From: Clostridia bacterium
Lineage (GTDB): Bacteria; Bacillota; Clostridia; Christensenellales; Aristaeellaceae
NCBI GenBank assembly: GCA_045589355.1
Contig: JAZNOW010000073.1
Coordinates: 680 to 64,679 of the forward strand
DNA: 64,000 bases
Direction of reading: 5' to 3'
Shown here one piece after another: positions 16,679 to 25,280 of this stretch; the first letter of the stretch is position 1, and the number at the start of each line of letters is the position of its first letter. Below the pieces are notes generated by a model. It was given only the letters and a program-made list of their open reading frames with translations, had not been told where the DNA came from and searched no databases. Both the position numbers and the translations under genes were made by a program.

Positions 16679-17728
16679 TTATTCCTCCGTGATGGCGCTG
16701 GCGAAATAGATGATATCGCTGACGGCGCGTTCGCTGCCGGCCAGGTCGTTATAATATTCGCCGTTGTAGTACATGGCAGCGGTGCCGCCGCCGTCCAGGT
16801 TATAGGCTTCTTCGCAGCCCAGCAGGAACATGAAATCGGCCAGTTCCTGATGGGTAACGCCCACGCTTTCACCGCGGCCTTCCGCCACAACCATCACATA
16901 GCTGAGGGGACCCATCTGGCCGATGGCGCTGCGGGGTTCCCGGCCGTTGGGGTTATAGCCGTAATCGGTATCCACTTCCAGCAGGTTGCCTTTTTGCACC
17001 AGCGCCGGGCCGAAGGTGAAGGCGTGCAGGATGCGGCCTTCCACGCCTTCCGCGGTGATGTTTTCCTGCAGGGATTCGTTCAGCTTGGCCTTCTTGCCCA
17101 CGGTGATGCCCTGGGACTTGACGAAGGTGTGGAAATCGCCGTATTCGTCGATGATGAGGATATCCTTGGTTTTATTGGTCTTGGGCACTTTGCTGTTGAC
17201 GGGCTGGAACATGCGGAATTCGAAGCAGCGCTTCACCTGATCATCGGCAAAATAGTCGCCGTTGAGGGCTACCACAGCGTTGCTCTTTTCCGCCATGGCC
17301 TTTACCTTGGCGGTTTTGGTGGAGGTGTAGATGCCTTTTTTGTTAAAATCCCCGGCCAGGGTGATGCGCAGCTGGGAGGGGTCCTTGATATCCACCCAGG
17401 CAATGCGCCAGATAACGCCGTCTTCCTCCCGGGTTTCCATTTCCACGGTGATGGAAGGGTCGCTGTAGCCGCTTTCGGTGAAGCCTTCCGCCTTGGGGGC
17501 GGGAGCGGCGGAAAAATCGTAAGGCAGGGCATAAGCGGCTTCTTGGGTATCTTCGGCATAGGCAGAGGGCACCAGGAAGCGCAGCAGGCCTTCTTCTTCC
17601 CCTTCCAGCATGTCGGTGGCTTCCCACTGGGCTTCACCCAGCATGGTGGGGGAGGAAAGGACAAAGGGCATGGAAAGGATCATCACGGCGCACAGCACCA
17701 TCAATACAATGCGGACAGGCAGTTTCAT
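16679..17728 (-). CDS. phosphodiester glycosidase family protein (NAGPA/DUF2233 domain), secreted or anchored
   Basis: N-terminal signal/anchor. VVALNGDYF, FGPALVQKG, RSAIGQMGPLSYVMVVAEGR, AYNLDGGGT are typical of DUF2233. Confidence 0.8.
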   Translation of the reverse strand: MKLPVRIVLMVLCAVMILSMPFVLSSPTMLGEAQWEATDMLEGEEEGLLRFLVPSAYAEDTQEAAYALPYDFSAAPAPKAEGFTESGYSDPSITVEMETREEDGVIWRIAWVDIKDPSQLRITLAGDFNKKGIYTSTKTAKVKAMAEKSNAVVALNGDYFADDQVKRCFEFRMFQPVNSKVPKTNKTKDILIIDEYGDFHTFVKSQGITVGKKAKLNESLQENITAEGVEGRILHAFTFGPALVQKGNLLEVDTDYGYNPNGREPRSAIGQMGPLSYVMVVAEGRGESVGVTHQELADFMFLLGCEEAYNLDGGGTAAMYYNGEYYNDLAGSERAVSDIIYFASAITEE

Positions 17729-17743
17729 AGGCAGTCTCCTTTT

Positions 17744-18847
17744 TTACACTTTTTCGGCCGGGAATACCCAGGCCTTCTGAATGCGGTAGTTGACGATGTA
17801 CATGGCCACGTCGATCACCACTTTCAGAAGGAGGTGCAGGAAAGCGGTGTTCACATAATGGTCCAGCCAGCCGAACAGCAGCGTGGTGATGACCAGAGAG
17901 CAGGCGGCCAGGATGATGTAGCGCTTGACGGAGCCCTTGCTGCTTTTGGCCTGGAAGGCGAAGTTTTTGTTCAGCAGATAATTCACCGGGGCGCTGAACA
18001 GACGGGCAATGGGGGCGGCGATGAGGGCCTTCACGCTGAAGGGGATGCCAAGGAACACAATATCCGGCTGGTCCTTGAAAATCCAGAACATGAGCAGGGA
18101 CAAAATCAGGTAATCCAGCAGGAAGGAAATGATGCTGGCGGCGCTGTAGCGCAGGAAGGAGCCCAGCAGCAGCTTGTAAATGCGCCAGCTGTCCCGGATG
18201 GGGTGGAAATGGCTGGATTTGTTATCGTCCAGGTACACCGTTTCAATGCCGATGGCAGTCATGACAATTTTCTGGTTGGCGCAGAAGATGAGCTGGTTCA
18301 TTTCATATTCGAACCGGTCGCCTTTCACCTTCAGCATGGCGGGGATCAGCTCCCGGCCAAAGGCGCGAAGGCCCGTCTGGGTGTCCGGCAGCCACTGGCC
18401 GTACAGCAGCCGGAACACCACGGAGGTGATGCGGTTGCCAATGCGGGACTTGGGGGGCACCTGCTTGCTCTTGAGGGAAAAATCCCGGCTGCCCAGCAGC
18501 AGCTCCTTTTTATCAGAAAGGGCGGCGGTGAGCTTCAGGGTGTCGGGCACGGTGTGCTGGCCGTCGGCGTCGGCGGTGATGACGCCCTGGATCTGCGTTT
18601 TTTCCCAAAGGAACTCAAACCCCGTGCGCAGGGCCTGGCCCTTGCCGTGGTTCACGTCATGGTGCAGCACGTGGCAGCCATCCATCTGGGACAGACGTTC
18701 GAAAATGGGCTGATATTCGGGGGCGCTTCCGTCGTCCACCACCAGGATCAGGCCGTAATCCGCTTTCAGCAGTTCTTCCACATACTGGGGCAGCCTTTCA
18801 TCCGGGGACAGGGAAGGGATCAATACACAGCAATCCTGGGGTCTCAT
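17744..18847 (-). CDS. bifunctional GT2 glycosyltransferase / GtrA-family membrane protein
   Basis: N-terminal GT2 (VLIPSLSP...VVDDGS...NHGKGQALRTG...ADADGQH). C-terminal 4-TM GtrA-like domain (FLRYSAASIISFLLDYLIL...). Confidence 0.85.
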   Translation of the reverse strand: MRPQDCCVLIPSLSPDERLPQYVEELLKADYGLILVVDDGSAPEYQPIFERLSQMDGCHVLHHDVNHGKGQALRTGFEFLWEKTQIQGVITADADGQHTVPDTLKLTAALSDKKELLLGSRDFSLKSKQVPPKSRIGNRITSVVFRLLYGQWLPDTQTGLRAFGRELIPAMLKVKGDRFEYEMNQLIFCANQKIVMTAIGIETVYLDDNKSSHFHPIRDSWRIYKLLLGSFLRYSAASIISFLLDYLILSLLMFWIFKDQPDIVFLGIPFSVKALIAAPIARLFSAPVNYLLNKNFAFQAKSSKGSVKRYIILAACSLVITTLLFGWLDHYVNTAFLHLLLKVVIDVAMYIVNYRIQKAWVFPAEKV

Positions 18848-18872
18848 CGATAAAAACCTTCTTTCGTGAGGA

Positions 18873-20348
18873 TTATTCCATCATTTTTGTATCCAGATAA
18901 TCCTGGGTGAGGGGGGTAAGGTCCTGCCCGGCCCAGGCATTCAGGGCATTTTCAAAATCCTGCCGGCTGGCAAGGGCAAAGGCATGGGTTTGGACGTAAT
19001 GGTTCAAAAAGGCGTCCACGCCGCCGGGAAGGAAAGTATCCAGCGCAATCAGCAGCGCCGCACCGCGGCCGTACACAATGGCGCGGTAATCGGTGAGGGA
19101 AGAAAAATAGCTGATGGGGCTGGCGGGGGTAAGGCCGCCGGGGATGCGCTCCTGCATGGGGCTGTCCACCCGGTAATAGCGCAGGTTTTCATAGGCGGCC
19201 CGGCCGTAGTTTTTTTCCGCATAGCGCAGCAGCGCATATTCGGCCAGGGCTTCGTCCTGCCAGGGGTTGTTCACCGGGTCGCTGCCCGCCATGGCGTAAA
19301 ACCACTGGTGCGCCCCTTCGTGGGCAATGAACAATTCCAGCGTATCCCACTGGTCGGGGGCGAAATAGCGCTGGTTCACCACCGCCATGGCGGTATATTC
19401 CATGGCGCCGGGGGCGAAGGGGGCGCTGCATACGGTGAAGGTGGGGAAGGGATAGGGGCCGTACAGGGATTGGTACGTGGAAAGGGCTTTCCGGGCATAC
19501 TGTACCGCCTGGGCAGCGCTTTTTCCTTCTTTGGCATAGGCCAGGATGCGCACGCCGTCCATACCGGCGGCGGCCGCTTCCCAGTCTTTGCCCACCACCA
19601 GGCCCAGATCCCGGATGCCCAGGCCGCTGCCCGTCCAGACGCCTTCCTTTTCCTCAACAAGGGGCAGGGAACAGGCGGGGGTGTAGCCTTTCGGGAGGTG
19701 CAGGGAAAGGGTGTAGTTGGCACACTCGGTATAGAAAGGGTCGCCCACGGGGGAATAGGCGTCCTGCCGCCAGGCGCCGTTTTCAAACACGGAAAGCACG
19801 GGCAGGGCCTGGCCCAGCAGGTAGGTGCCCTCAGCATAGCCGGTGCGGTGGGCGCAGTTTGGCAGCTGCACCACACAACGGATCCGCAGCGTGCCGGCCT
19901 GGCCCGGGCTGATGTCCGGCACCGAAACGGAAAGCACGGTGCCTGCATCGTCCAGAAAACGATGGGGCATCATTTCGCCGTTCCATTGCACGTCATGCAG
20001 CGCCACATACCCTTCCGAAAAGCCGTTGGGGTAGCAGGCATCGAACAGTTCGTCGGACGCGGCAGGGCTGGTTTCCCGGGTGGCGTAGGCATTGGCCCAC
20101 AGCCGCAGCTGAACGTCGGACAGGGGCTGGCCGGTGCGGTTGGTGAAGGAAATTTCCTCCGTGACGGACAGGGTGTGGTCCTGATCGTTCAGCTTCAGGG
20201 TAAGCCGGTAAGCCTGCATTTTTTCCGCAGCCTGCAAAAGAGCGGCCGGCGCCTTATACCCCGGCTGCCGGGGCACAAGCAAAACGCACAACAGGGCAAG
20301 TGCGCACAATAGGCATACCATCAACATTATACAACGTTTTTTGCGCAT
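18873..20348 (-). CDS. membrane-anchored M1-family zinc metallopeptidase
   Basis: N-terminal TM segment. HEGAH-X18-E (HEGAHQWFYAMAGSDPVNNPWQDE) is the gluzincin M1 signature. Confidence 0.8.
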   Translation of the reverse strand: MRKKRCIMLMVCLLCALALLCVLLVPRQPGYKAPAALLQAAEKMQAYRLTLKLNDQDHTLSVTEEISFTNRTGQPLSDVQLRLWANAYATRETSPAASDELFDACYPNGFSEGYVALHDVQWNGEMMPHRFLDDAGTVLSVSVPDISPGQAGTLRIRCVVQLPNCAHRTGYAEGTYLLGQALPVLSVFENGAWRQDAYSPVGDPFYTECANYTLSLHLPKGYTPACSLPLVEEKEGVWTGSGLGIRDLGLVVGKDWEAAAAGMDGVRILAYAKEGKSAAQAVQYARKALSTYQSLYGPYPFPTFTVCSAPFAPGAMEYTAMAVVNQRYFAPDQWDTLELFIAHEGAHQWFYAMAGSDPVNNPWQDEALAEYALLRYAEKNYGRAAYENLRYYRVDSPMQERIPGGLTPASPISYFSSLTDYRAIVYGRGAALLIALDTFLPGGVDAFLNHYVQTHAFALASRQDFENALNAWAGQDLTPLTQDYLDTKMME

Positions 20349-20471
20349 TTGCTACCCCCTCCTTTGCCGTGCAGGTAAATTCTCCTTCATTATAACACAT
20401 GAAAAGCAGATTTCCTTCCCGGCCAGCAGAAAATATGAAAAAATTTACGCTTCATTCATTTTCTTTTGTCA

Positions 20472-20499
20472 TTGAAGAATGCAAAAAATAGGGTATAAT
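20472..20499 (+). promoter_or_regulatory. candidate sigma-70 promoter for the MATE gene
   Basis: TTGAAG (20472-20477), 16-nt spacer, TATAAT (20494-20499). Confidence 0.5.
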
Positions 20500-20530
20500 G
20501 GAGAAGAAAGACAGCCGTTGGAGAAGTGAT

Positions 20531-21892
20531 ATGAAGCATTTTTTTGTCCGTGACCGGAATTTCTATAAAGCCATGGTGCGCCTGTCCCTGCCGGCGGCGT
20601 TTCAGTCGCTGCTTTCCATGCTGGTGCTGATGGCGGATAACGTGATGGTATCCCGTTTTGACCCCAGCGCCCTGGCCCCGGTATCCCAGGCCAATTCGGT
20701 GTCCACGTTTTTGCTGGCGGCCCTCAACGGGCTGGGCAGCGGTGCGGTGGTGCTGGTGGCCCAGTATTGGGGGAAGAAAAACATTTCCGCCATCAAGCGG
20801 GTGTTTTCGGTGGTGTGCACGCTGGGCGTGGTGCTGCCGGTGCTGTTCATAGCCGTTGTGCAGCTTTTCCCCCATTGGGTGGTTTCCCTGGTGCTGGACC
20901 CTGCCCTTTCCCACCTGACGCCGGTGGCGGTTTCCTACCTGCGCATTGCGGTGCTGGCCTTTTTGCCCTTTGGGCTCACCAGCGCGCTGGTGGGTGGGCT
21001 GAAAGGCGTGGAAGTGGTGAAGGTGACGCTGTATGCGGCGGTGATCAGCCTGCTTTCCAATGTGTGCCTGAATGCGCTGCTGATTTTCGGCCTGGGCCCC
21101 ATTCCTGCCCTTGGGGTGAAAGGGGCGGCCATTGCCACGGTGCTGGCCCGGGTGATTGAGTTTTGCGTGGTGTGGGTGTACTGCTTTCATAAGCAGAAGG
21201 TGCTGGAAATCCGGCCCCGGGATCTATTCCGCCACGAAACATGGGCCTGGAAGGATTACCTGCGCTTTGGCAGCCCCGTCAGCCTTACCGACGCCCAGTG
21301 GGCGCTGGTGGGGATGATGAAGATGGCCATCATCGGCCACCTGGGGGCCACCATGATGAGCGCCATGAACATGACCGATACCATGATGAACCTGGGCACC
21401 ATGTTCACCTTTGCCCTGGCCGGCGGCGCCTGCGTGATGGTGGGCAAGGCGGTGGGCGAGCAGGATATGGAAAAAGTGCGCGCCTATTCCCGTACCATCC
21501 AGTGCATGTTTGCGGTGATCGGCGTGGGGATGGCCCTCATTGTGATTGCCATGCGGCATGTGTTCATCGGGCTGTACGGCCAGCCAGAGGATGTGGAAAG
21601 TCTGGCCGGGCTGATGATTTTCATCGGCGCCATTACCATGATGGGCACCAGCTACCATGCCTCCTGCTTCACCGGCATCAACCGGGGAGCGGGGGATAAC
21701 CGGTTTGTGATGCTGGTGGACCTGATCTGCGGATGGCTGGTGGTGCTGCCGCTGACGTACCTGGCGGCGTTTGTGTTCCGCTGGCCGCTGCCCATTGTAT
21801 TCCTGTGTACCCGCATTGACCAGTGCTTCAAATGGATCATTGCCTTTATCAGGCTCAGGGGGAACAAATGGATCAAAAAAGTAACCCGGTAA
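20531..21892 (+). CDS. MATE family efflux transporter
   Basis: 12-TM protein. N-terminus FYKAMVRLSLPAAFQSLLSMLVLMADNVMVSRF is typical of MATE. ORF 20498 trimmed to ATG 20531 behind GGAGAAG, because the -10 box overlaps 20498. Confidence 0.88.
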   Translation: MKHFFVRDRNFYKAMVRLSLPAAFQSLLSMLVLMADNVMVSRFDPSALAPVSQANSVSTFLLAALNGLGSGAVVLVAQYWGKKNISAIKRVFSVVCTLGVVLPVLFIAVVQLFPHWVVSLVLDPALSHLTPVAVSYLRIAVLAFLPFGLTSALVGGLKGVEVVKVTLYAAVISLLSNVCLNALLIFGLGPIPALGVKGAAIATVLARVIEFCVVWVYCFHKQKVLEIRPRDLFRHETWAWKDYLRFGSPVSLTDAQWALVGMMKMAIIGHLGATMMSAMNMTDTMMNLGTMFTFALAGGACVMVGKAVGEQDMEKVRAYSRTIQCMFAVIGVGMALIVIAMRHVFIGLYGQPEDVESLAGLMIFIGAITMMGTSYHASCFTGINRGAGDNRFVMLVDLICGWLVVLPLTYLAAFVFRWPLPIVFLCTRIDQCFKWIIAFIRLRGNKWIKKVTR

Positions 21893-22731
21893 ACTGTTCG
21901 ATTGACGGCATTGCCTTTCAGCTGAAGCTGCCGGAGGATTTTTCCTGGCTGAAAAAATACGGCAGGGTGTTTCAGGTGATGGACCAGCAGATGAGCGGCA
22001 ACCTGTGCTTTGGGGTGGAAGGCCCCTATGGCAAATTGTTTGTGAAATATGCCGGCGCCCATCCCGTAAACTATTCGGGCGATCCGCTGGAAGCGGCCCT
22101 GCAATTGAAGCATGCCATGCCCCTTTATGAAAAGCGCCACCCGGCGCTGGTGGAACTATTGGCCCACGGGCCGGTGGGGAATGGGTATGCGGCGGTGTTT
22201 GCCTGGCAGGACGGCATGGCCATGCGGGGCACGCAGGGGGAAAGGTATGGCAAGTATGTGCGCCAGTTGGAACTGCACCAAAGCCTTGCCATGCTGGACG
22301 GTGTGTTTGATCTGCACCAGAAGCTGGCGGAGGACGGCTACATTGCCGTGGATTTTTACGACGGCAATTTGCTGGTGGATTTATTGGAGGGCACCATGCG
22401 GGTGTGCGATGTGGACCTGTACCGCAAAAAGCCTGCCTATAACGATAAGGGACGCATGGCCGGCTCCTCCCGGTTCATGAGCCCGGAGGAATTTGAAGAG
22501 GGTGCGCCGCTGACCGAAAGCACCACCGTGTTTAACCTGGGGGCGCTGGCTTTTGAAGTGTTCGGCGATAACATGAACCGGACGAAGAAAGCCTGGCAGG
22601 GGCCGGAACCGCTGTTTGACGTGGCGGCCCGGGCCACCGAACCCAATCCTTTCCGCCGCTATGCCACCGTGCGGGCTTTCCTTTCGGCCTGGCGGGATGG
22701 GGTGAAAATGCTGCACCTGGAAGAAAAATAG
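21868..22731 (+). CDS. protein-kinase-like fold protein (Ser/Thr kinase or phosphotransferase type)
   Basis: LFVKYAG (VAIK-like Lys), VDFYDGNLLVD (catalytic-loop-like), VCDVDLY (DFG-like), FMSPEE (APE-like). Its start overlaps the MATE 3' end by 25 nt. Confidence 0.55.
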   Translation: MDQKSNPVNCSIDGIAFQLKLPEDFSWLKKYGRVFQVMDQQMSGNLCFGVEGPYGKLFVKYAGAHPVNYSGDPLEAALQLKHAMPLYEKRHPALVELLAHGPVGNGYAAVFAWQDGMAMRGTQGERYGKYVRQLELHQSLAMLDGVFDLHQKLAEDGYIAVDFYDGNLLVDLLEGTMRVCDVDLYRKKPAYNDKGRMAGSSRFMSPEEFEEGAPLTESTTVFNLGALAFEVFGDNMNRTKKAWQGPEPLFDVAARATEPNPFRRYATVRAFLSAWRDGVKMLHLEEK

Positions 22732-22754
22732 GGGCCCTGTAAACATAAAAGAAG

Positions 22755-22790
22755 GCACCGGAGAAGAGAAATTCTCCGGTGCTGTTTTTT
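22755..22790. terminator. bidirectional terminator between convergent genes
   Basis: GCACCGGAG ... CTCCGGTGC stem followed by TGTTTTTT; also T-rich on the other strand. Confidence 0.7.
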
Positions 22791-24558
22791 AGTTGGCAAC
22801 AAAGGTGCCGGACGCATCGCCGATATGCAGGGTGTAGCTTTGGCCGATGAGGAGTTGGGGGGAAGAGAGAATGATCACGCTGTAATCCAGGGCCGGCGCG
22901 TGGGTGAGCAGGGTTTCGCCGGCTGCATTTTGCAGGGTGAAGGCGGTGCCGGCAGGCGCGGAGCCCACCTGCAGGGCAATTTTGCCCTGGCTGCCGCCGG
23001 AAAAGGTCTGGGCCATGCCCATGGCGCCGGTGCCGATGAAGGTGCCGCCGTTTATTTCCGCTGTGGTATCATAATCCAACGTGGCGGTATCGCCCTTTGT
23101 GGGGCCGCAGACGGTCACCTGGCCGCCGTCCATCCGGAAGGAACCGTTGGCGTCGATGCCGTCGCCGCCGGCGGTGACGGAAAGGGTGCCGCCGGTAATG
23201 AGAATGCTGCCGTTGCCCGCGCTCATGCCAGGCCTGCCGCCTCTGCCGCCGCCCCAGCCGCCGAACCTGTCCATGCCGCCATAGCCGCTCTCATCGGTGC
23301 CGCCGGCAGCGTTCAGCCCGTCATCGTCGGCCGTCAGGGTGATGCTGCCGCCGCCAATGCGGATGTGCAGCCCTTCCAGCCCTTCGTAGCTTTTTTCGAT
23401 GCGGATATCGCCGCCGTCAATGATCAGGGTGTCGTCGGCGTGTACGCCGTCGTCTCCGGAAAGGAGGGTGAACGTGCCGCCGGTAAGCTGCAGGGAGGCG
23501 TTGGTATGCAGGGCATCATCGGCGCTGTCCACGGAAAAGATGCCGCCGCAAAGCAGCAGGTTGCCGCCGGCCTTCAGGCCCTTGGTGCTGGTGGATGCAG
23601 CCGTATCTTCCGCTGGGGTTTCTCTGCCCCATTGGGCAAAGCCGTTATCCGGCCTGCTGCCCCTCTCTCCCCGGCCGCCCATGCCGCCGGGCCCTCCGCC
23701 AAAGCCGCCAAAGCCGCCTCTGCCGCCGCCCATCATGCTGCCTGCATGGCTTTCGCCCATTTCGCTGCCGCCGCCGCAAAGCAGGGTGAACCGGCCGTCC
23801 CGGATTTCCATTTGCCCGGAGGCGCTGATGCCGTCCTGGGCGGCAGTGATATCAAACTGGCCGCCGGAAAGGAACACAAAGCCAAGGGCTGCATCTTCCT
23901 CGTGCTCGGCGTGAAGGCCGTCCTTGCCGGCGGTGATGCGGAAGGTGCCGCCGCTGATGCACAGGCTGTCCTTGGCGGCAAAGCCGTGAGACGCGGCATT
24001 TACCGTGTAGGTGCCGCCGGTAACGGTGAGTTCATCCTTGGAAACCACGCCGTGGCCGCCGGGGGAGGAAAGGGTGAGGCTGCCTTCGCCGTTGAGGGTG
24101 ATATCGTCTTTGGAAAAGAGGGCGGCGTCCACGTTGTTATCGTCGTATTGGATGAAGGTTTCGCCGCCGGAAAGGGAGTTTTCCGTATCCGGGGAAAGGG
24201 TGAGGAACACTTTGTCCGCCTGTTTCACATAGAGGGCGGCGTGGGTATTGCAGTGGACGTTTGCGCCGTTTAGCACCAGCTGCACCTTTGCATCCTTGGG
24301 TGCGTCCACCACGATCTGCCCGTTTTCGATGGCGCCGGACAGGATGTATACGCCTTCTTCGGTGATGGTGACGGTTTCATTCTGCAAAGGAAGGGAAATC
24401 GCATCCCCCTCGTCCCAGGAAAAATCCACATCCCGGTCGGAAAAAAGATCGGTTTCCTTGAGAGGCGTGATGGAAACTTCCTCCGCAAGGGTAGGGGAAA
24501 CACAGCCGGTCAGCAAAGCACAAAGCAGCAGACAGGCAAACAGCCTTTTGATTTTCAT
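22789..24558 (-). CDS. Cthe_2159-type carbohydrate-binding (beta-helix) lipoprotein
   Basis: Lipobox LLTGCV. Repeated GGxF/TxxxxDDGxxA beta-helix units (LTGGTFTLLSGDDGVHA, ITGGTLSVTAGGDGIDA), as in the PF14262-like family. Confidence 0.7.
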   Translation of the reverse strand: MKIKRLFACLLLCALLTGCVSPTLAEEVSITPLKETDLFSDRDVDFSWDEGDAISLPLQNETVTITEEGVYILSGAIENGQIVVDAPKDAKVQLVLNGANVHCNTHAALYVKQADKVFLTLSPDTENSLSGGETFIQYDDNNVDAALFSKDDITLNGEGSLTLSSPGGHGVVSKDELTVTGGTYTVNAASHGFAAKDSLCISGGTFRITAGKDGLHAEHEEDAALGFVFLSGGQFDITAAQDGISASGQMEIRDGRFTLLCGGGSEMGESHAGSMMGGGRGGFGGFGGGPGGMGGRGERGSRPDNGFAQWGRETPAEDTAASTSTKGLKAGGNLLLCGGIFSVDSADDALHTNASLQLTGGTFTLLSGDDGVHADDTLIIDGGDIRIEKSYEGLEGLHIRIGGGSITLTADDDGLNAAGGTDESGYGGMDRFGGWGGGRGGRPGMSAGNGSILITGGTLSVTAGGDGIDANGSFRMDGGQVTVCGPTKGDTATLDYDTTAEINGGTFIGTGAMGMAQTFSGGSQGKIALQVGSAPAGTAFTLQNAAGETLLTHAPALDYSVIILSSPQLLIGQSYTLHIGDASGTFVAN

Positions 24559-24584
24559 TTTTTACAGGGCCTCCTTCAAGAGGA

Positions 24585-25280
24585 TTACAGTTCGTTGGCA
24601 GCGGTTTCCTGGTGGGAAATGCTGATTTCCAGATTGCCGTTGCGGCAGCGCAGGTCGTCAATGAACTGCTTTTCGCTGGCGTCCGGCTTCATGGTCACGT
24701 TATAGGTAAGGCGGAAGAGGCTGCCCATGTTGGTGGTTTTGACACGAACAAGGTCATGCTCCCGGGTGTATTTTTCGAACAGATCGGCGAAGATGCCGGT
24801 GTAATCCAGGTCTTCGGGGATGGTCACGTTCAGGGTTTTGTAGAGCAGGTTCCGCTTTGTGCCGCCAAAGCGGAACTGATTGCAAAGCAGGAACACAAGG
24901 CCCAGCACCAGCGTGAACAGCACCGCAAAAGCCAGGTACCCCATGCCGCAGATGAGCCCGGCGCCCATGGCCAGGAACAGCATGGTAATTTCCTTGGCGG
25001 TGCCGGGAACGGAGCGGAAACGCACCAGGCTGAACGCACCGGCCACCGCCACGCCGGCGCCCACATTGCCGTTTACCATCATGATCACGGCGCACACCAC
25101 GGCGGGCAGCAGCAAAAGCGTGACCACAAAGGAGCGGGTGTAGCGGCTGCGGTACATGTGGCACAGGGAAAGCAGCAGCCCGCACACCAGGGCCACCCCC
25201 AGGCACAGCAGGAATTCCCCTACGGGGATCACCTTGATGGCGGCGGTATCGAACAAACCTTTGAACAGAGTATCAGGCAT
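24585..25280 (-). CDS. DUF4956 domain membrane protein
   Basis: 4-5 TM segments. SLVRFRSVPGTAKEITMLFLAMGAGLICG is typical of DUF4956. Confidence 0.7.
   Translation of the reverse strand: MPDTLFKGLFDTAAIKVIPVGEFLLCLGVALVCGLLLSLCHMYRSRYTRSFVVTLLLLPAVVCAVIMMVNGNVGAGVAVAGAFSLVRFRSVPGTAKEITMLFLAMGAGLICGMGYLAFAVLFTLVLGLVFLLCNQFRFGGTKRNLLYKTLNVTIPEDLDYTGIFADLFEKYTREHDLVRVKTTNMGSLFRLTYNVTMKPDASEKQFIDDLRCRNGNLEISISHQETAANEL

Noticed and set aside
15971-18853. 960-aa plus-strand ORF
   Set aside because: It is antisense to the Lgt-like, phosphodiester glycosidase and GT2-GtrA genes. It has the same low-complexity shadow-frame composition.
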